Shown here piece after piece: positions 13,242 to 26,127 of a stretch of DNA of 64,000 nucleotides. The notes below the pieces were generated by a model, which worked only from the letters and a program-made list of their open reading frames with translations, did not search any database and had not been told where the DNA came from. Position 1 is the stretch's first letter; the number at the start of each line of letters is the position of its first letter. Source of the stretch: Squalus acanthias (lineage: Eukaryota); contig CM059431.1 of the NCBI GenBank assembly GCA_030390025.1, positions 119,786,001-119,850,000 of the forward strand, given 5' to 3'. The translations under genes and the position numbers were made by a program.

Positions 13242-14004
13242 GGGCCAGATTTTGCTGGAAAATAACGGCGTCTGAATGACGCACATGATTATTAATGCTC
13301 AAATCGGCCAGCAATTTTTGGTGAGAAAGACATATCCCATGAATTGTGAATCACCAGAAGTTGCTGGCAGATTTGCGCCACTCTGCCATTAGCTTTGCGA
13401 AAACGGTATCTCGTGCTTAACCTTCCCGTGATTTTCATGAAATTACTGCATTTGCACATTAAATTCCCATTAAACTCGCCACAGAAAGTTAAGTCTTGTA
13501 ATTAACAGCATAAGTACCGTTTTAACGATGTAATAATTGTTAATGACTGTCAATCAACCTCACTTTGCCAGAAAGTGGACAATAAAAGTGTGGCGTCTCA
13601 TTCCTTCAGGTCGTGAATTGTTGTGGAGATTTTAAAAATGTCAAATATTTAATTTTTATTTTTTTTCCTACTTTTCCTTTCTGTCTCTCTTTTCTCTCTG
13701 AATCCAATATTTCTTTCCCTCTCTTTATTTCTCTTTCTATACCTGATTTGACATTGAATTTACCCACTCTAATTCACTCTCCTTCTCAGTCCTTCCTCTG
13801 TTTATTGCTCAATCCTTTAATCTCATTGGTTAAAGAGATAACCTGTTTGTCCCATTGTTCACCAAGGTCCCAGATGCCCTGTTGCCCTCGCCACGTTGTT
13901 ACATACTTGCACTTCCAGCAAGTTTGTGGGCAGGAAATGTTAAAACCAAAAAGTGCCCAAACATTGGATGCTGCGAGATGCATCGATCCAGCAAAATTTG
14001 GCCC
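13242..14004. mobile_element. Non-autonomous DNA transposon (Harbinger-like TIR)
   Basis: 18-bp TIR GGGCCAGATTTTGCTGGA...TCCAGCAAAATTTGGCCC. TSD not preserved. Confidence 0.75.
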
Positions 14005-14088
14005 ATGGTAAGATGAGGACAGATACAAATTCTTAACCTGCATTTTTGTCAGAGCAAGTAAACATACAGAAGAACTGTTATGATTATA

Positions 14089-14342
14089 CAGTAATCCCTC
14101 CCCAACCGCAGGGGATACGTCCCTGAAAACCCCCGTGGTTAGTAAAACCGCGGTTGGCAAATACAGTATACATGTTCAAATAACACAATAAAAAAGAATA
14201 TAAAGGCAATAAAATCATGTTATTTACCTTAATCCTAAATTAAAAACCGCGTATACGCAAAATGCACTGCCGCGGTTGGCAAAAGTTGTCGCAGAGAGGA
14301 AACCGTGTATACTTGAAATCCACGGTTGGGGCGGGATTCTTG
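14089..14342. mobile_element. Tc1/mariner (Tigger-like) MITE
   Basis: TA flanks and 20-bp imperfect TIR CAGTAATCCCTCCCCAACCG...CGGTTGGGGCGGGATTCTTG, with internal AACCGCG-type repeats. Confidence 0.75.
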
Positions 14343-14780
14343 TACTCATTTACTTTGATCAATATAACTTTGTACACATAATCACCAAAACAATTAAGAT
14401 GCTATGCTTCCCTATATAAATGGGTGATCTTACTTGACCGAAACAAAATAACTTTGAACTACCTTCCTGCATTCTCCTCCTGGTGAAAGCTTGCCCTCAG
14501 ATTTCTGTTTGAAAACTTGACTGAGTGCTTATCCATCTCTCTTTCTGTTTCTCGCTCTCCGTGTTTTCACCGAAAGACGGTCCTGCTGAGCACTCATGAC
14601 CAGGGGCCCTAGAAAAATGGGTGTGAGGTGTTTATCGATTTCTGAGACAGGCTAATGAATTTCTTATCATTTACAGTCTCTGCAGAAACAACATCAAAGT
14701 TTAGCTCATTTGCATTTTAACTATCTTTCATCCCAGTACCATTTTTTTAACTAGTGTGAATGCTTTCAGATGTCAGAGTT

Positions 14781-15212
14781 GACTCAGTAATGCCATGCTT
14801 GCCTCTGATTCAGAGAGTCACAGGTTCAAGCTCCACTCGACTTGAGCACACAATCTAGGCTAACGCTCTTAGTGCAGTACTGAGTGACTGCTGCACTGTC
14901 AAAAGTGCTGTCTTTCGGATGAGACATTAAACCAAGGTGGACATAAAAGATCCCATGGCACTATTCGAAGGAGAGCAGGCGAGTTCTGCTGATGTTCTGG
15001 CTAATATTTATCCCTTACAACCAATATCACTAAAATAGATTATCTTGTCATTTCTCTCATTACAGTTTTGGGGGCATTGCTATTTGCAAATTACCTGCTA
15101 TGTTTACCTATATTACAACTTGACTTAACTTCAAAAATACTTAATTGCCTATGAAGTATTTTTGGGATGTTCTGAGGTTGTGAAAGGAATTATATCAATG
15201 TAAGTTTCTTCT
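14781..15212 (+). mobile_element. Deu-domain SINE (SacSINE1-like), diverged
   Basis: tRNA-like head (GGTTCAAGCTCC) and Deu core GTCTTTCGGATGAGACATTAAACC...AAAAGATCCCATGGCACTATTCGAAG. Confidence 0.75.
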
Positions 15213-16043
15213 AAACAACCATTAAGTGTAACATTTTCCTTAAGTTTCTTGATATAGAAAAATGATCAAAAAATCTCAAAGTGTCAGACCTTGCTAATAT
15301 CCAAATTTGTTAAAAAAGGAAGGGTGCTTAACAAGCCAAACACCATTGAAATGAGATGTGCATTAAACTAGTCCTGAGAGGAATTTTGGCAGCACTGGGC
15401 AAAAGTGCACTAATACTCCATTAAAGCTATTACACCAAATTATCACAAATGAATACACATTTAGTACATGCTTTAGCTCTATTGAACAGAGTAATTTTGT
15501 GCCCTAAGGGGATATATCTACATTAAAAATGCATCCAAGTTTCCCAACAGAATTTTGCCAATAGAGTAGGACAGCATCAAACGTATTTGCTGAGTATTGT
15601 AAAAACATGCTTATGAGTTGAAAGGCCAATCTCCTCTATTTTAGACCCATATAATTGATACAGCATCTTCTTTTATAATAACCTAGCATAATACACAAGT
15701 TCACAAGATTAATGCAGGAAGGCTTTTCAGCCTTTCTTAGCTCATCCATCCATGAAAGAGCTTACAGTCTCCTCCACCACAGCTTCCAAATATTTCTTAA
15801 ATGATCTTCAGTGTTTTGTCTCCACCATCCACTTTGAAGTCCCTTCCATGTTTTGATCACTCTATGGGGGCAAGTGTGACTTTGTGTGACAATATAAAAT
15901 GGGTGATAGCAAGTCGGAGCCCATTTTAAATCTCTCCCAATTTTTGACTTCCATTTAAATAATTTGTCACACTCTCTACTGTTCAGTTAATTTCAGAAGA
16001 TACTTGTTAATCCAGAACACTAAAAAAAATAAAGGCACTCTGC

Positions 16044-16208
16044 GGAAAATCTCCATGGGGGGTTTTCCCGCTCTCTCACTGTAACTTTGCCGGAAACTCC
16101 GGACGAAACGGCATGAATAGCCATTTACATGGTTTCTCCAGAGTTTGTGCTGACCTTCCACCAAGGTTACGGCAGGAGATCAGGAAAACCCCGTGGAAAA
16201 ACTGCCCC
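16044..16208. mobile_element. Short palindromic non-autonomous element
   Basis: Imperfect fold-back: CCATGGGGGGTTTTCC/GGAAAACCCCGTGG and GTAACTTTG/CAAGGTTAC. Confidence 0.5.
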
Positions 16209-16229
16209 CTGCATTTTTCTTGATTGCAG

Positions 16230-16446
16230 AATAGTTATTTCATTCTTGATTCCTTTTGGAATTTATTCTTTTATATTAGGAATACCTAATTTCCCCCTCC
16301 CTAGCCCAAGGTCACTTAGCCAATTGTAGCACCCCAATGCAACCCCAGCTTAGATAAGCTAATTTAGCTCAGACCAAATCTAGAACCTTTATGATCTGTG
16401 CAGCTCAGTATCATACCACATGGTTTATTGATCCATTGAGGCACCG
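16230..16446 (-). mobile_element. Ancient SINE head fragment (LmeSINE1-like)
   Basis: Minus strand reads ACTGAGCTGCACAGATC...GGTCTGAGCTAAATTAGC...GGGGTGCTACAATTGGC...TGGGCTAGGGAGGGGG. Family recalled from memory only. Confidence 0.4.
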
Positions 16447-16525
16447 AGGCAACTCCGTAATTTTTCTAATGATTATATGTGGAAATTTAAAAAAAACAAA
16501 TGGACATGAGGCAGTTAGAATTTTT

Positions 16526-16982
16526 AGAAAGAAAGACTTGCATTTATATAGCGCCTTTCACAACCACCGGACGTCTCCAAGCGCTGTACAGCCAATGAAG
16601 TACTATTTAAAGTGGAGTCACTGTTGTAATGTGGGAAATGCGGCAGCCAATTTGCGCACAGCAAGCTCCCACAAACAGCAATGTGATAATGACCAGATAA
16701 TCTGTTTTTGTTATGTTGGTCGAGAGATAAATATTGGCCAGGACACCGAGGATCACTCCCCTGCTCTTCTTCAAAATAGTGTCTTAGGATCTTTTACGTC
16801 CACCTGAGAGAGCAGACGGGGCCTTGGTTTTACGTCTCATCCGAAAGACGGCACCTCCGACAGTGCAGCACTGCACTGGAGTGTCAGCCTAGCTTTATGT
16901 GCTCAAGTTCCTGGAGTGGGACTTGAACCCACAACCTTCTGACTCAGAGACAAGTGTGCTACCAACTGAGCCACAGCTGACA
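16526..16982 (-). mobile_element. Full-length Deu-domain SINE (SacSINE1-like)
   Basis: Minus strand has A-box TGGCTCAGTTGG, B-box GGTTCAAGTCC, the Deu core and a TCTTTCTTTC tail. Confidence 0.85.
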
Positions 16983-17537
16983 CTTTTTGTCTTGTCAATA
17001 CAGTTAATTTCCAGTTGTAAATTTGGAAGGGCTTTGGTAGTTTACATTCCACTCAGACAGTTCCTCTGTCTATAATTCCCAGTTTGCCTTAACCTGTAGC
17101 CTGCTGAAAATCTAGAGATCTGTTTAAATACACAATAGAAATCCTTCGGCAGCAGACTAAAGGTTAAATAAATCATGCTGTGTCTTCAAATAATTTCAAC
17201 CTAGCATCAGCTGGATTGCATTAGGGATATGAAATTGAATGAAATGCAGGTGTCTGAATCATCTCCATTACCAGCTCAGGCAGGTTTCCAAGTGCAAACA
17301 GCCCCTATACAATTAGGGCTCACAACCATGAATTCTCAGGTTTTATTGTTGCCTTACAGGTCATATATTTGGAAAAGCCAATGTAATTAGGATTTCATCC
17401 AATCTTAGTTTGCATTTAACTCCTACTAAGGTTCTTTTAAGTCAACAACAAACTGGGTTAAATATTTGTCATGAATAGAGCAAATGTCAACTATACATGT
17501 AAGTTCAATAAATCAAATACAGTTAGAAAAGAATATA

Positions 17538-18230
17538 CAATAGCAAAATACTGCGGATGCTGGAAATCTGAAATAACAACAGAAAATGCTGGAAGCACTC
17601 AGCAGGTCAGGCAGCATCCATGGAGTGAGAAACAGAGTTAACGTTTCAGGTCTGTGACCCTTTGTCAGAACTGGAAAAAGTTAGAGATGTAACAGCTTTT
17701 AACTAGGTGCAGAGGCAGGGTAAGGAGGGGAGGAAAGAACAAAAGGGACGGTCTGTGATAGGGTGGAAGGCAGGAGAGATTAAATGTTGCAAATGGGGAT
17801 GGCAGAATCATCAACAGCTGCCATGTGAAAAAATAGGGGCAGAGGTTATGATCTGAAATTGTTGAACTCATTGTTGAGTCCAGAAGGCTGTAACGTCCCT
17901 AATAGAAAGATGAGGTGCTGTTCCTCGAGCTTACGTTGAGCTTCATTGGAACAGTGTAAGAGGCCGAGGAAAGAGAGATCAGAGTGGGAGTGGAGCGGAG
18001 AATTAAAGTGACAGGCAGCTGGAAGCTCGGGGTCACACTTACGGACTGAATGGAGGTGCGCCATAAAGAGGTCACCCAATCTGCGTTTGGTCTCCCCAAT
18101 ATATAGGAGACTGCATTGTGAACAGCGAATACAGTATACTAAATTGCAAGAAGTACAAGTAAATCACTGTTTCTCTCTCATCGGATGCTACCTGACCTGC
18201 TGAGTGTTTCCAGCATTTTCTGTTGTTATT
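17538..18230 (-). mobile_element. Penelope-like element (GIY-YIG C-terminus and pLTR, with inverted end)
   Basis: ORF 17846-18079 (ACHFNS...RKLEEQHLIFLLGTLQPSGLN). 18168-18230 is an inverted copy of the left end. 15-bp TSD TTAGAAAAGAATATA at 17523-17537 and 18231-18245. Confidence 0.9.
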
Positions 18231-18452
18231 TTAGAAAAGAATATATATTGGTCTGAATTAATTCTGGAGGTAATTTTGTCTCTTTACCATCCTGTTTGCG
18301 CTCAAGAAAAGGTGGGTAGCGGACGGAAAAAAATGTGGTTATTCATTCCACCCACATTCCACGGCTTTTGCAAATGGACATACTCTCTGGGAGTCAGTAA
18401 TCCTGGCCACCAGAGCTTGTGTCTGAAACAGGTGGCAGACTCGTGAATCAAA

Positions 18453-18645
18453 TCAAATCAGGGTCATGTGGCAGCATGTACCCTCGAAACCATCGTCAAA
18501 ATCAGTAATGTAAATCATGAAGAGCAACGATCCCCACACGGATCCCAGCAGGCCTCCACTAATAACTGGTCTCCATACAGTACCACTTCCATTAATAACA
18601 ACTCTCTGTGAGCATGCAACCAATTCCCACACACTAATTATCATG
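18453..18645 (-). mobile_element. Old CR1 RT fragment
   Basis: QRVVING...WRPVISG...GSVWGSLLFMIYITD. Confidence 0.65.
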
Positions 18646-18699
18646 TAGGTGTGAGCCCATAGTAACTGCCTTAAGTGCTCTCTTATTTACTCTATCGTT

Positions 18700-20080
18700 T
18701 CTACGAGGTGCTCCCCAGTGGCTGCAACATAGGAGATGAGAGTGTGCTGTGTCCTATTCATGTGCTCATGAAAAACCTATGGCTGGCAACTTCTAGGAAC
18801 TCGATCTTGAGGAGGCCCAGCTGCAGACTGCAAAATAAACCAGTCTGCCGGGCACTCTAGCCCACCTGGCTTTATGGCACCAGGACAGGGATTGCTTTGG
18901 GGTTGTGAGTATCCAGAAGTGTTGTTATCATGAGAGATGGCACAACTGTCCCTGGGTTGTGGCTCAGCACATCTACTGATCTGTTGGAGAGCAGATACTA
19001 GAAGATCCATGATTCAACTGAAGCCCCTATCCATTCACTCTCAGCCTATTAAAGGCAAAGGAGATGGTTGAACCCAGTGCCTGCATGATCCCAGTATAAG
19101 CATCCCTGAGAGATACTATTGCTTGTGTCACAGCTCCTGAAAGGAGAACCCAGCTACAGCATCCATGAGGTGACCACATGCTCCATGGTTGACTGTAGAG
19201 TGTCAATGCTATGTGTGAGACCCTGACACAATTGGTAGCGGCCTCCACCATATAATCCAACATGTCCTGGAAGCTCCCTGGTAGGCAGTCTAATGCATTC
19301 AGCAATTGCTAGTATGCAGATATCATCTTTCTTTTAAAAGCTGAGCTCTTGAAATCTGCATTTCCATCATTTTCAGCAGTCCTTTGGTTAGCTGCTCCCT
19401 GGGCCTTCCTTGACATTGCCAGCTGTTCCTGTTTACTTGTGCTCAGTGACTCTGCTCAGTGCAGTCACCTCCAGCTCACTAGCTAAGTTACATGGGCTAC
19501 CAATTTTTGTGCTGATGCTTGGCAGGATAAGAGTGTGTGATGGTGCATTGTCTTCAGAGTTATCATCATTCGTCTGTCTGACTACAATGTCATTTGATTG
19601 ACTTAAGAAAGGAGAGACGGACAAGGGGTAGGATGTAGTTGCAATGAAAGCACTAGCAGATCAGTGGCTTCACAATGCAGCACCAGGTTGTCATGTGTAA
19701 CTTTGTGAGTGTGTGACTGACAGAGTTAAGTAAATAGAGAAAAGTAAGGATAGGCCAACGCACCTTGCTGTGCCAGGCCTCCAGCCTCGTCACCTCTGAT
19801 GTTGACTGCTCTGTGTCTTCTAATGATGTCGATGGCAGCCTCTTGCAAAGATGTCAGTGTTTGCAGAGTGGCAGGATGCTGGTTGTCTCCCTTCTGTTAT
19901 GTGCCAGTTTGTTCTGCAAGAGGTGTGGGTTAATATGTGCGCTGGGCAAGAGTTACCAACATATATGAGCCAGCTTACCAGAGTGCATGATGGCAGGAAG
20001 AAGCAGCAAGTGTGGACAAGAGCGAGAAGTAGTTCTAAGGACAGCATGATGTTGACAAGTCAGTCACCTTTTTGCTAGGG
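18700..20080 (-). mobile_element. Probable degenerate Harbinger Myb/SANT-gene 3' region
   Basis: Minus-strand fragments (SHTLILPSIST; MLNALDCLPGSF) resemble the low-complexity/coiled-coil exons of Harbinger accessory genes. No termini found. Confidence 0.3.
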
Positions 20081-20997
20081 TAGTCACTATTAGTCAAGCG
20101 GCAGAAATTGTTTGTCTCGCATAGTCAGTGACATGACAACAAAGTCATTTTTCCTTGAAAATGTGTTAGTGTCAAAGAATTATTCAAGGAAACCCACAGA
20201 CAGTTGTATCAGCAAGAGAGCATTGATTTTTTTTATGCCTTTATGATGTTATTTCATATCCAGCAAGAAACAGGACGTGTCATTGAACTCCACTGTATTT
20301 TATCAAATTGCCTGAGAAGGGAACTGAATTAGGGTAATATTCAGTATTTTTGTTGTTGAATTGTATATATAAAACATCTTTTGTGGCTCAGCAACAAAGC
20401 TCTGAGAATACATCCCATTGTGAATGTCTGTGAGCAGGAAGATCATTGCATTAAATCCTTGTGAGAAAGGACAAATTAGAATCAAATTATGTGAAATAGT
20501 TGCAAACTGAATCATTGTAAAAGAATAAGGGCAAAGAGACAAATGATATGAGAAAGGAGTGTCTCAGTGAATCTGTAAGAAATAAAAATATCCTGAGCAT
20601 TAGGAAAAATTCTGTGAGAGACCAGAGTGTTGAGTACAATTCTGGCAAGAAATAAGAATGCTGTGTTGCATCCATGCAAAAAAGAGCATGAAAGTAACTC
20701 ACTGTGGGAAATCATGTCACAATCTGATCATTTTGAATAACAAGAAACAACTTGGACTCAGAAGCAATGTGACAAATGGCTATTGTACTGGGTCACTGTT
20801 GAGCCATTAAGTTGCTGTGAGAAATGTTAGCAGGGTATTATTATGAAAAATAAGAGTACTGCAAAAACAGTTATGAATCCTTCTGTGAATCAAGTGTATC
20901 ACGAGTCACTACAAGTGGAGTGTCCTCTTTAAGCACCTGTTTCTCCTGTATGATCTAAATATGATGTAGATAATTTTGCTTTTTATTAACAGTTAAT

Positions 20998-21754
20998 GGG
21001 CCGTATTTTCCGATCGGAGGCTTCTCGCGTGCGGAGGCCTCCGATCTGGAAAAAATCTACTCACTTACCTGAGGGCTCCCAAGGTGCGTATAGTTCCAAT
21101 CCTGGGCCTCTCCAACTCCAAGTGCGCAGGGCCCACGTATCCCAGAGGCGCAGGCGGTTCGCAAGCATCCCTGGGATCATGTGGGCCATGGGGAGCCAAT
21201 CAAAGAAGGGAATCTCCCTTCATACACTTGACAGATAGACCTGTCAAATATATGAATAGAGATCATCCCAAAAACACTTTAAAACATTAAACACATTTTT
21301 AAAAAATCACATTTTTAAAATTAGTTGAAATTATAATAAATTAAATATTTTAAACAAAAATTAAATTTTTTGAAAAAATAATTAAAGCTTTTTATGGGGC
21401 TAAAAATAAACGTACCTTTTTAAAAGTATTTTTAAATGATAAATGAGTGAAAAAAACATTTTTTTAAACTTTTTTCAAATTTTATGCTGGTAAAAGCAGG
21501 CCTTACGCCTGCTTTTACCAGGCGTAAGATTTCTAAGGGTTTTCTGCGGGTGGAGGTGCTCCAGAAAGTGGAACTATCCGCCTGCAGAGGCCCTTCTCTA
21601 GGGCAGGCGTTCGATCTGTCAAGAGCATTCTTGACAGATCGGAAATGCTGGTTTTCAGCGCATGCGCTGTGCATGCCTGAAACCGGCATTTCTGATGTCC
21701 CTACGGGTGTGAACACAGCGCATACACACCCGTAGGCATCGGAATATCTGGCCC
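20998..21754. mobile_element. Harbinger-type MITE related to family C
   Basis: TIR GGGCCGTATTTTCCGAT...ATCGGAATATCTGGCCC with AAT TSD. Shares CCCTGGGATCATGTGGGCC and GACCTGTCAAAT blocks with family C. Confidence 0.85.
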
Positions 21755-22245
21755 AATGTAAATCTAAATGAAGTAGATTCAGAAGACATATAAGGACTCA
21801 TTTCCCTCTGCTTTGCATCTAGAGAATGCTCAGTTCCTGAGTGCCAAGTAGTGGTAAAAGGTGTGAAGACCTGTTATGCTGGGTCTCCACCCTCTGTGAG
21901 TTGCCTATTTGAAGATTCACTCATGGATCAGTATGTAGAGGACAGGAAACATTGTTCTTTTCAGTTGTAGAAGGGCTTTTTGGCTTTGGAATGACTTAAA
22001 ACACACGGTATGACTTGGGCATGAGGTTTCCAAAATTAAATTTAGATATGTGAGGGTAAATTATGTGCACACATGCTCGTGACATGGAGCCACACCCACT
22101 GGGAGCACATAGCGTGAAATTGCAAGCACACTTTCCACAATTTTCCATCCATGGATCACTTGCACTTCCATTTTATGATAAAAGAGAAATCTTAAAACCC
22201 TTGGGAGATTTAGTTAGCTGTCTAATTGTTGAACTTTGAATTGTA

Positions 22246-23124
22246 ACAGACACTTGAGTCTGTTCCAAATTTTGTAAGCATTAAATGCATTGAATTTCCT
22301 ATTGCTGGTTATGGCAAGTAATACTACAGCTGGTAACAATCATTATTTTCCACTTGATGCGTCTGCCAGAGATTAGAGATCGGTAAGAGAGAAAGTGGTG
22401 GAACAATGAACCTGTTGCCTGATTTCTTTTTTTCTTGGAGGGAAGGGGTGATTTGTTCTGTTGTTGTCAACAGTTAAGGTCAAATATTAGTTGTCTTTAT
22501 TCCTGGTTCCCCAAAATATTTCTTCTCCCTTGCCCTGCTGAAACAGTTACAGCCCACACTTCCGTTCTTTGTGAGATAGAAATCCAGCTGGGTACAGCAG
22601 ACTTTGGTGCATCCTGAGCGGCAGTACCACACAAGCGGTGTGGCTTCTGTTGCCTGTTATACACCCTGCATGAAATTCAGCTCTATTGAAGTTAGTGGAA
22701 CTGAATACAGGGCAGGCCATATAACGGGGTGGGGCCGAAGCGAAAACGGCCATTTTGTGCTACCAGTGAAGGCGAATTTCTAGTCCTTTGAGTTTTACCC
22801 AAATAAATTGTGCAAGTCATTCAGTGCGCTCAGCCGATGGACAACATTGCCAACTTCCTACCACTGGGGATTCCGAGGGAATGGCAGAAGAAAATGAGCA
22901 CCATACCACCTGTCTGTCCAGCAGAAAATTGAAAACAAAACCCATTTTCTGTTCTTCCCAGCAAGAAAAAAATAAAATATTACTTGGAAGCAGACTTACT
23001 CCCAGCAAATTCAATGGAGCATTATCTACACTCATCCCAGGATAAAAATGCAACCTATTGTCATCACCAGTGTATTGGTATTGTACAGTTGGAAATCAAA
23101 CCCCTACCCATACAGAAATGACAG

Positions 23125-23163
<39 letters not shown>

Positions 23164-23430
23164 CTAAAGTTAGCTCAATTTATATACTGGAAGGATAACA
23201 TTCAGAAAACCAATAGTGGTAATTGCAGTGTTGGTTAAAGCAAATTATAAAATCTAGACCAGTGTGTTCACTGGAGTCTGAGCAGAGTTGCCTCTCCCTT
23301 GCATACTGCATTTAATATTATTTTAGAAAAAGTAACTGATTGGAGTGTGTTTAAAATACTAAAATGTCACAGACACTTGAGTCTGTTCCAAAATTTGTAA
23401 GCATTAAATGCATTGAATTTCCTATTGCTG
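22246..23430 (+). repeat. 62-bp direct repeat pair (22246-22307 and 23369-23430)
   Basis: ACAGACACTTGAGTCTGTTCC...GAATTTCCTATTGCTG occurs twice, with one mismatch. Confidence 0.9.
23129..23158. repeat. (AT)n microsatellite
   Basis: About 15 AT units. Confidence 0.95.
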
Positions 23431-23799
23431 TTCCTTTAAAACACAGCCAAATTGGTAAAAATATTCTTTTCCCCTGCTAAAATATACAATGCACAGAAAC
23501 TTGTCACTGTGTCTGATTCTCCAAAATACACTATTGAAAAAGCCACATAAGTAGTTTCTTTTTGCCTCATATGAGGTGCACACTCTCACCAAAGAAACAC
23601 ACCATACTTACCTAAGTCTAGAGAACTTAGAAGCAGGCTATAAGGACCAGACTTATGCGCCCCAAGTGTGCACTGAGATACTGCTGAAGTTTGACAAGAT
23701 AAAACCATGTATCTTAGCAGAACGGAGAACTGATGAGCTTCCAGCTGCTTCCCCAGATCTAGAGCACCATTGGGGCAATGGTTTTCAGGATTATACTTT

Positions 23800-24210
23800 A
23801 GAAAAGATGTCAAAGCTATGGAGAGAATGCAGAAGAAATTCTCTAAGATGATATTAGGGGTGAGAGGCTTTATCTATGAGGAGAGACTAGAAAACATGGG
23901 GCTTTCTTCATTGCAGCAGTGAAGGTTAAAAGGAGATCAGATTGATCTATCTGTTCAAAATTATGAGGGGTTTTGATAAGGTAAATAAGGAAAAACTATT
24001 CCACTAGTTGATGAGTCAGTAACTAGAGAGCATAAATTTAAGAGTACCACTAAAAGAACAAAGGAAGAGGTGAGACAATTTATTTTATATATATGCAAAG
24101 GTTTGTTAGGGTAAGGAATATCCTACCAGAAACAATGGTATCAGCAGAATCCATTATAGCTTTAAAAAGGAATGTGGATACATATTTTAAAAAGAAAAAT
24201 GTGAAAGAGT
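23800..24210 (+). mobile_element. Old CR1 3' fragment
   Basis: YEERLENMGLSSLQQ*RLKGD...TREHKF, matching the CR1 ORF2 C-terminus. Confidence 0.7.
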
Positions 24211-24266
24211 TAGTGGCTTGCTCTTTCAGAGAGCGAGCACATGCCTAGATCACAATGGCTTACATT

Positions 24267-25030
24267 GGGCCAGAAATTCAGCTTTCAGGCTTCCTGCGGG
24301 TGCAAGCATCGCGCGCGTACTTGCCTACCGCGCCTGCAGTTGTACTTTGAGCCCACGAGGACTTCGGGTCCTGGGCCTCCTCCAGCTGCCGGCGCGTAGT
24401 GCTTGTGTATCCCAGGGGCGCAGTTAGTTCGAAGCGTCCCCTGGGATCACGTGGGCCATGGAGAGCCAATCCTAGCAGGGCATTTTCATTCATAGATTTG
24501 ACAGGAAGACCTGTCAAATCTATGAATAGAGGTCAGCCCCAAAACCACACTTAAACTTCAAATAATTTTTTTTTTTAAATCACATTTTTAAAATAACTAT
24601 AAGTTAAATAAATTAACTACTTTAAACAAAAATTTAAATTTTTGAAAAAATTAATTATACTTTGTAATGGTGCTAAAAATAAACTTACCTTTCTGTAAAG
24701 TAACTAAAAAAGATAAATCTGTTGAATTTTTTTTTTAATTGTAATTATTTAACCACTTACCTTGTTAAAAACAGGCCTTGCGCCTCCTTTTTAAAAGCGC
24801 AGCTTCTCCATACTTACCCTCCCGGAGAAACCTGAAAAAAAAATCGAAGTTCGCTGCGTGCGCGCAGCCTCTGCCGCGCATGCGTTCAACTTCTGAACCC
24901 CTTCCTTCAGGGGAACGGAAGTTCCGGTTTCCCGCACATGTGCAGTGCATGCAGGAAACCGACACTTCAGATGGCCTTACGGGTGAGTACACAGCGAGTA
25001 CTCACCCGACAACAGCCGAATTTCTGGCCC
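24267..25030 (-). mobile_element. Harbinger-type MITE, family C
   Basis: Perfect 13-bp TIR GGGCCAGAAATTC...GAATTTCTGGCCC. Reverse homologue of 9018-9803. Flanks ATT/AAT. Confidence 0.85.
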
Positions 25031-25379
25031 AATGTGTCAGCTACTTTTTTGGTCTAGATATGCAATGCAACAAATCCGGTTATACTTGCCATCAGCTGCC
25101 CAACGTAGTTCTTCATGTGAGAGGGTTTGGTAAAGTGACATACCTGCTATGATGCCTACTCTTCCTTTAGAGTGCTGATAGACTAGTGTAGGTCAAAGCA
25201 TTCTTTACCTGCAAACATGTCCTCTTTGTGGTACAAATTTACCTCGCACCTTGTTCCTGGACCATACACATGGTTTGACGAAAGTCCTACTGTTACACGT
25301 CCAGGAATTGTGAACCACTAAGAACTGTTTGGATACTGTAATATATGTGGGTAGAACAAATGAAGGACAGAGACACTAT

Positions 25380-26127
25380 GGGGAAAATTCGGTTGATTTG
25401 TGCCTCCCGTTAGTGCCCCGTGGGGTCGCTAATGGGGTGCAAAGCACCTAGAGCCTGGGTGCAGCCCCGCTAACGCCTCCCGCAAAATTCAGCAGGAGGT
25501 TAGTGGCGGTGGTAGCTGGTAGCGCCCTGCAGCGCTGCGCCTCCGGCGTTGACGTCATCAGTGTGCGCAGCGCCCCACTCGCGCCCCGGCCGCAAACTTT
25601 GCTCGCGCCCCCTGACCTACCACCGGACGCTATGTCCGACAGGGTCAGGGTGCCGTGTTTGTGGCCGGGGCGGCGCAAATTAAAGGGCAGGTGCCGGGCG
25701 GCCATTTTTTTTTGGGCCGCCTGCCAGCACCAGCTCCCTCTCACCTCCTCCTGCGGGTGCCAGCCGCAATCGGTCAGCCCGGCATTCCTCTTGAGTGCCA
25801 GGCTCTTTTGCCGGCACCCTGCACCCCGGTGGTCCAGCAGGGCCCCGGTGCATGCTACGCTAGGCCCCTCCCCTTTAATGTGGGGAGGGAGGCCTGCAGT
25901 ACCGTACCGCTATGCGCCGACGCGTGTGGCGCTGCTGCATGTAGCGCCGCGATATTCAATGGGAGCGCCCCAAGAGGGAGGGGGAGCGCTTCCAGTAGCG
26001 CCCCACCTCCTGCTTGTGGCGCTACCATTCAATTTCTGGCGCGGGGGCGCTAACTTTTTCGGAGCGCTAAAAGTAGCGACCCGGCGAAGTTAGCCCATCA
26101 AAGGGGGCGCGATCGAATTTTTCCCCC
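25380..26127 (+). mobile_element. Harbinger-type MITE, family B
   Basis: TIR GGGGAAAATTCG...CGAATTTTTCCCCC with TAT TSD. Homologous to 6689-7349. Confidence 0.85.

Noticed and set aside
16900..16982. tRNA gene
   Set aside because: The A and B boxes belong to the SINE head; it continues into the Deu domain and no cloverleaf is evident.
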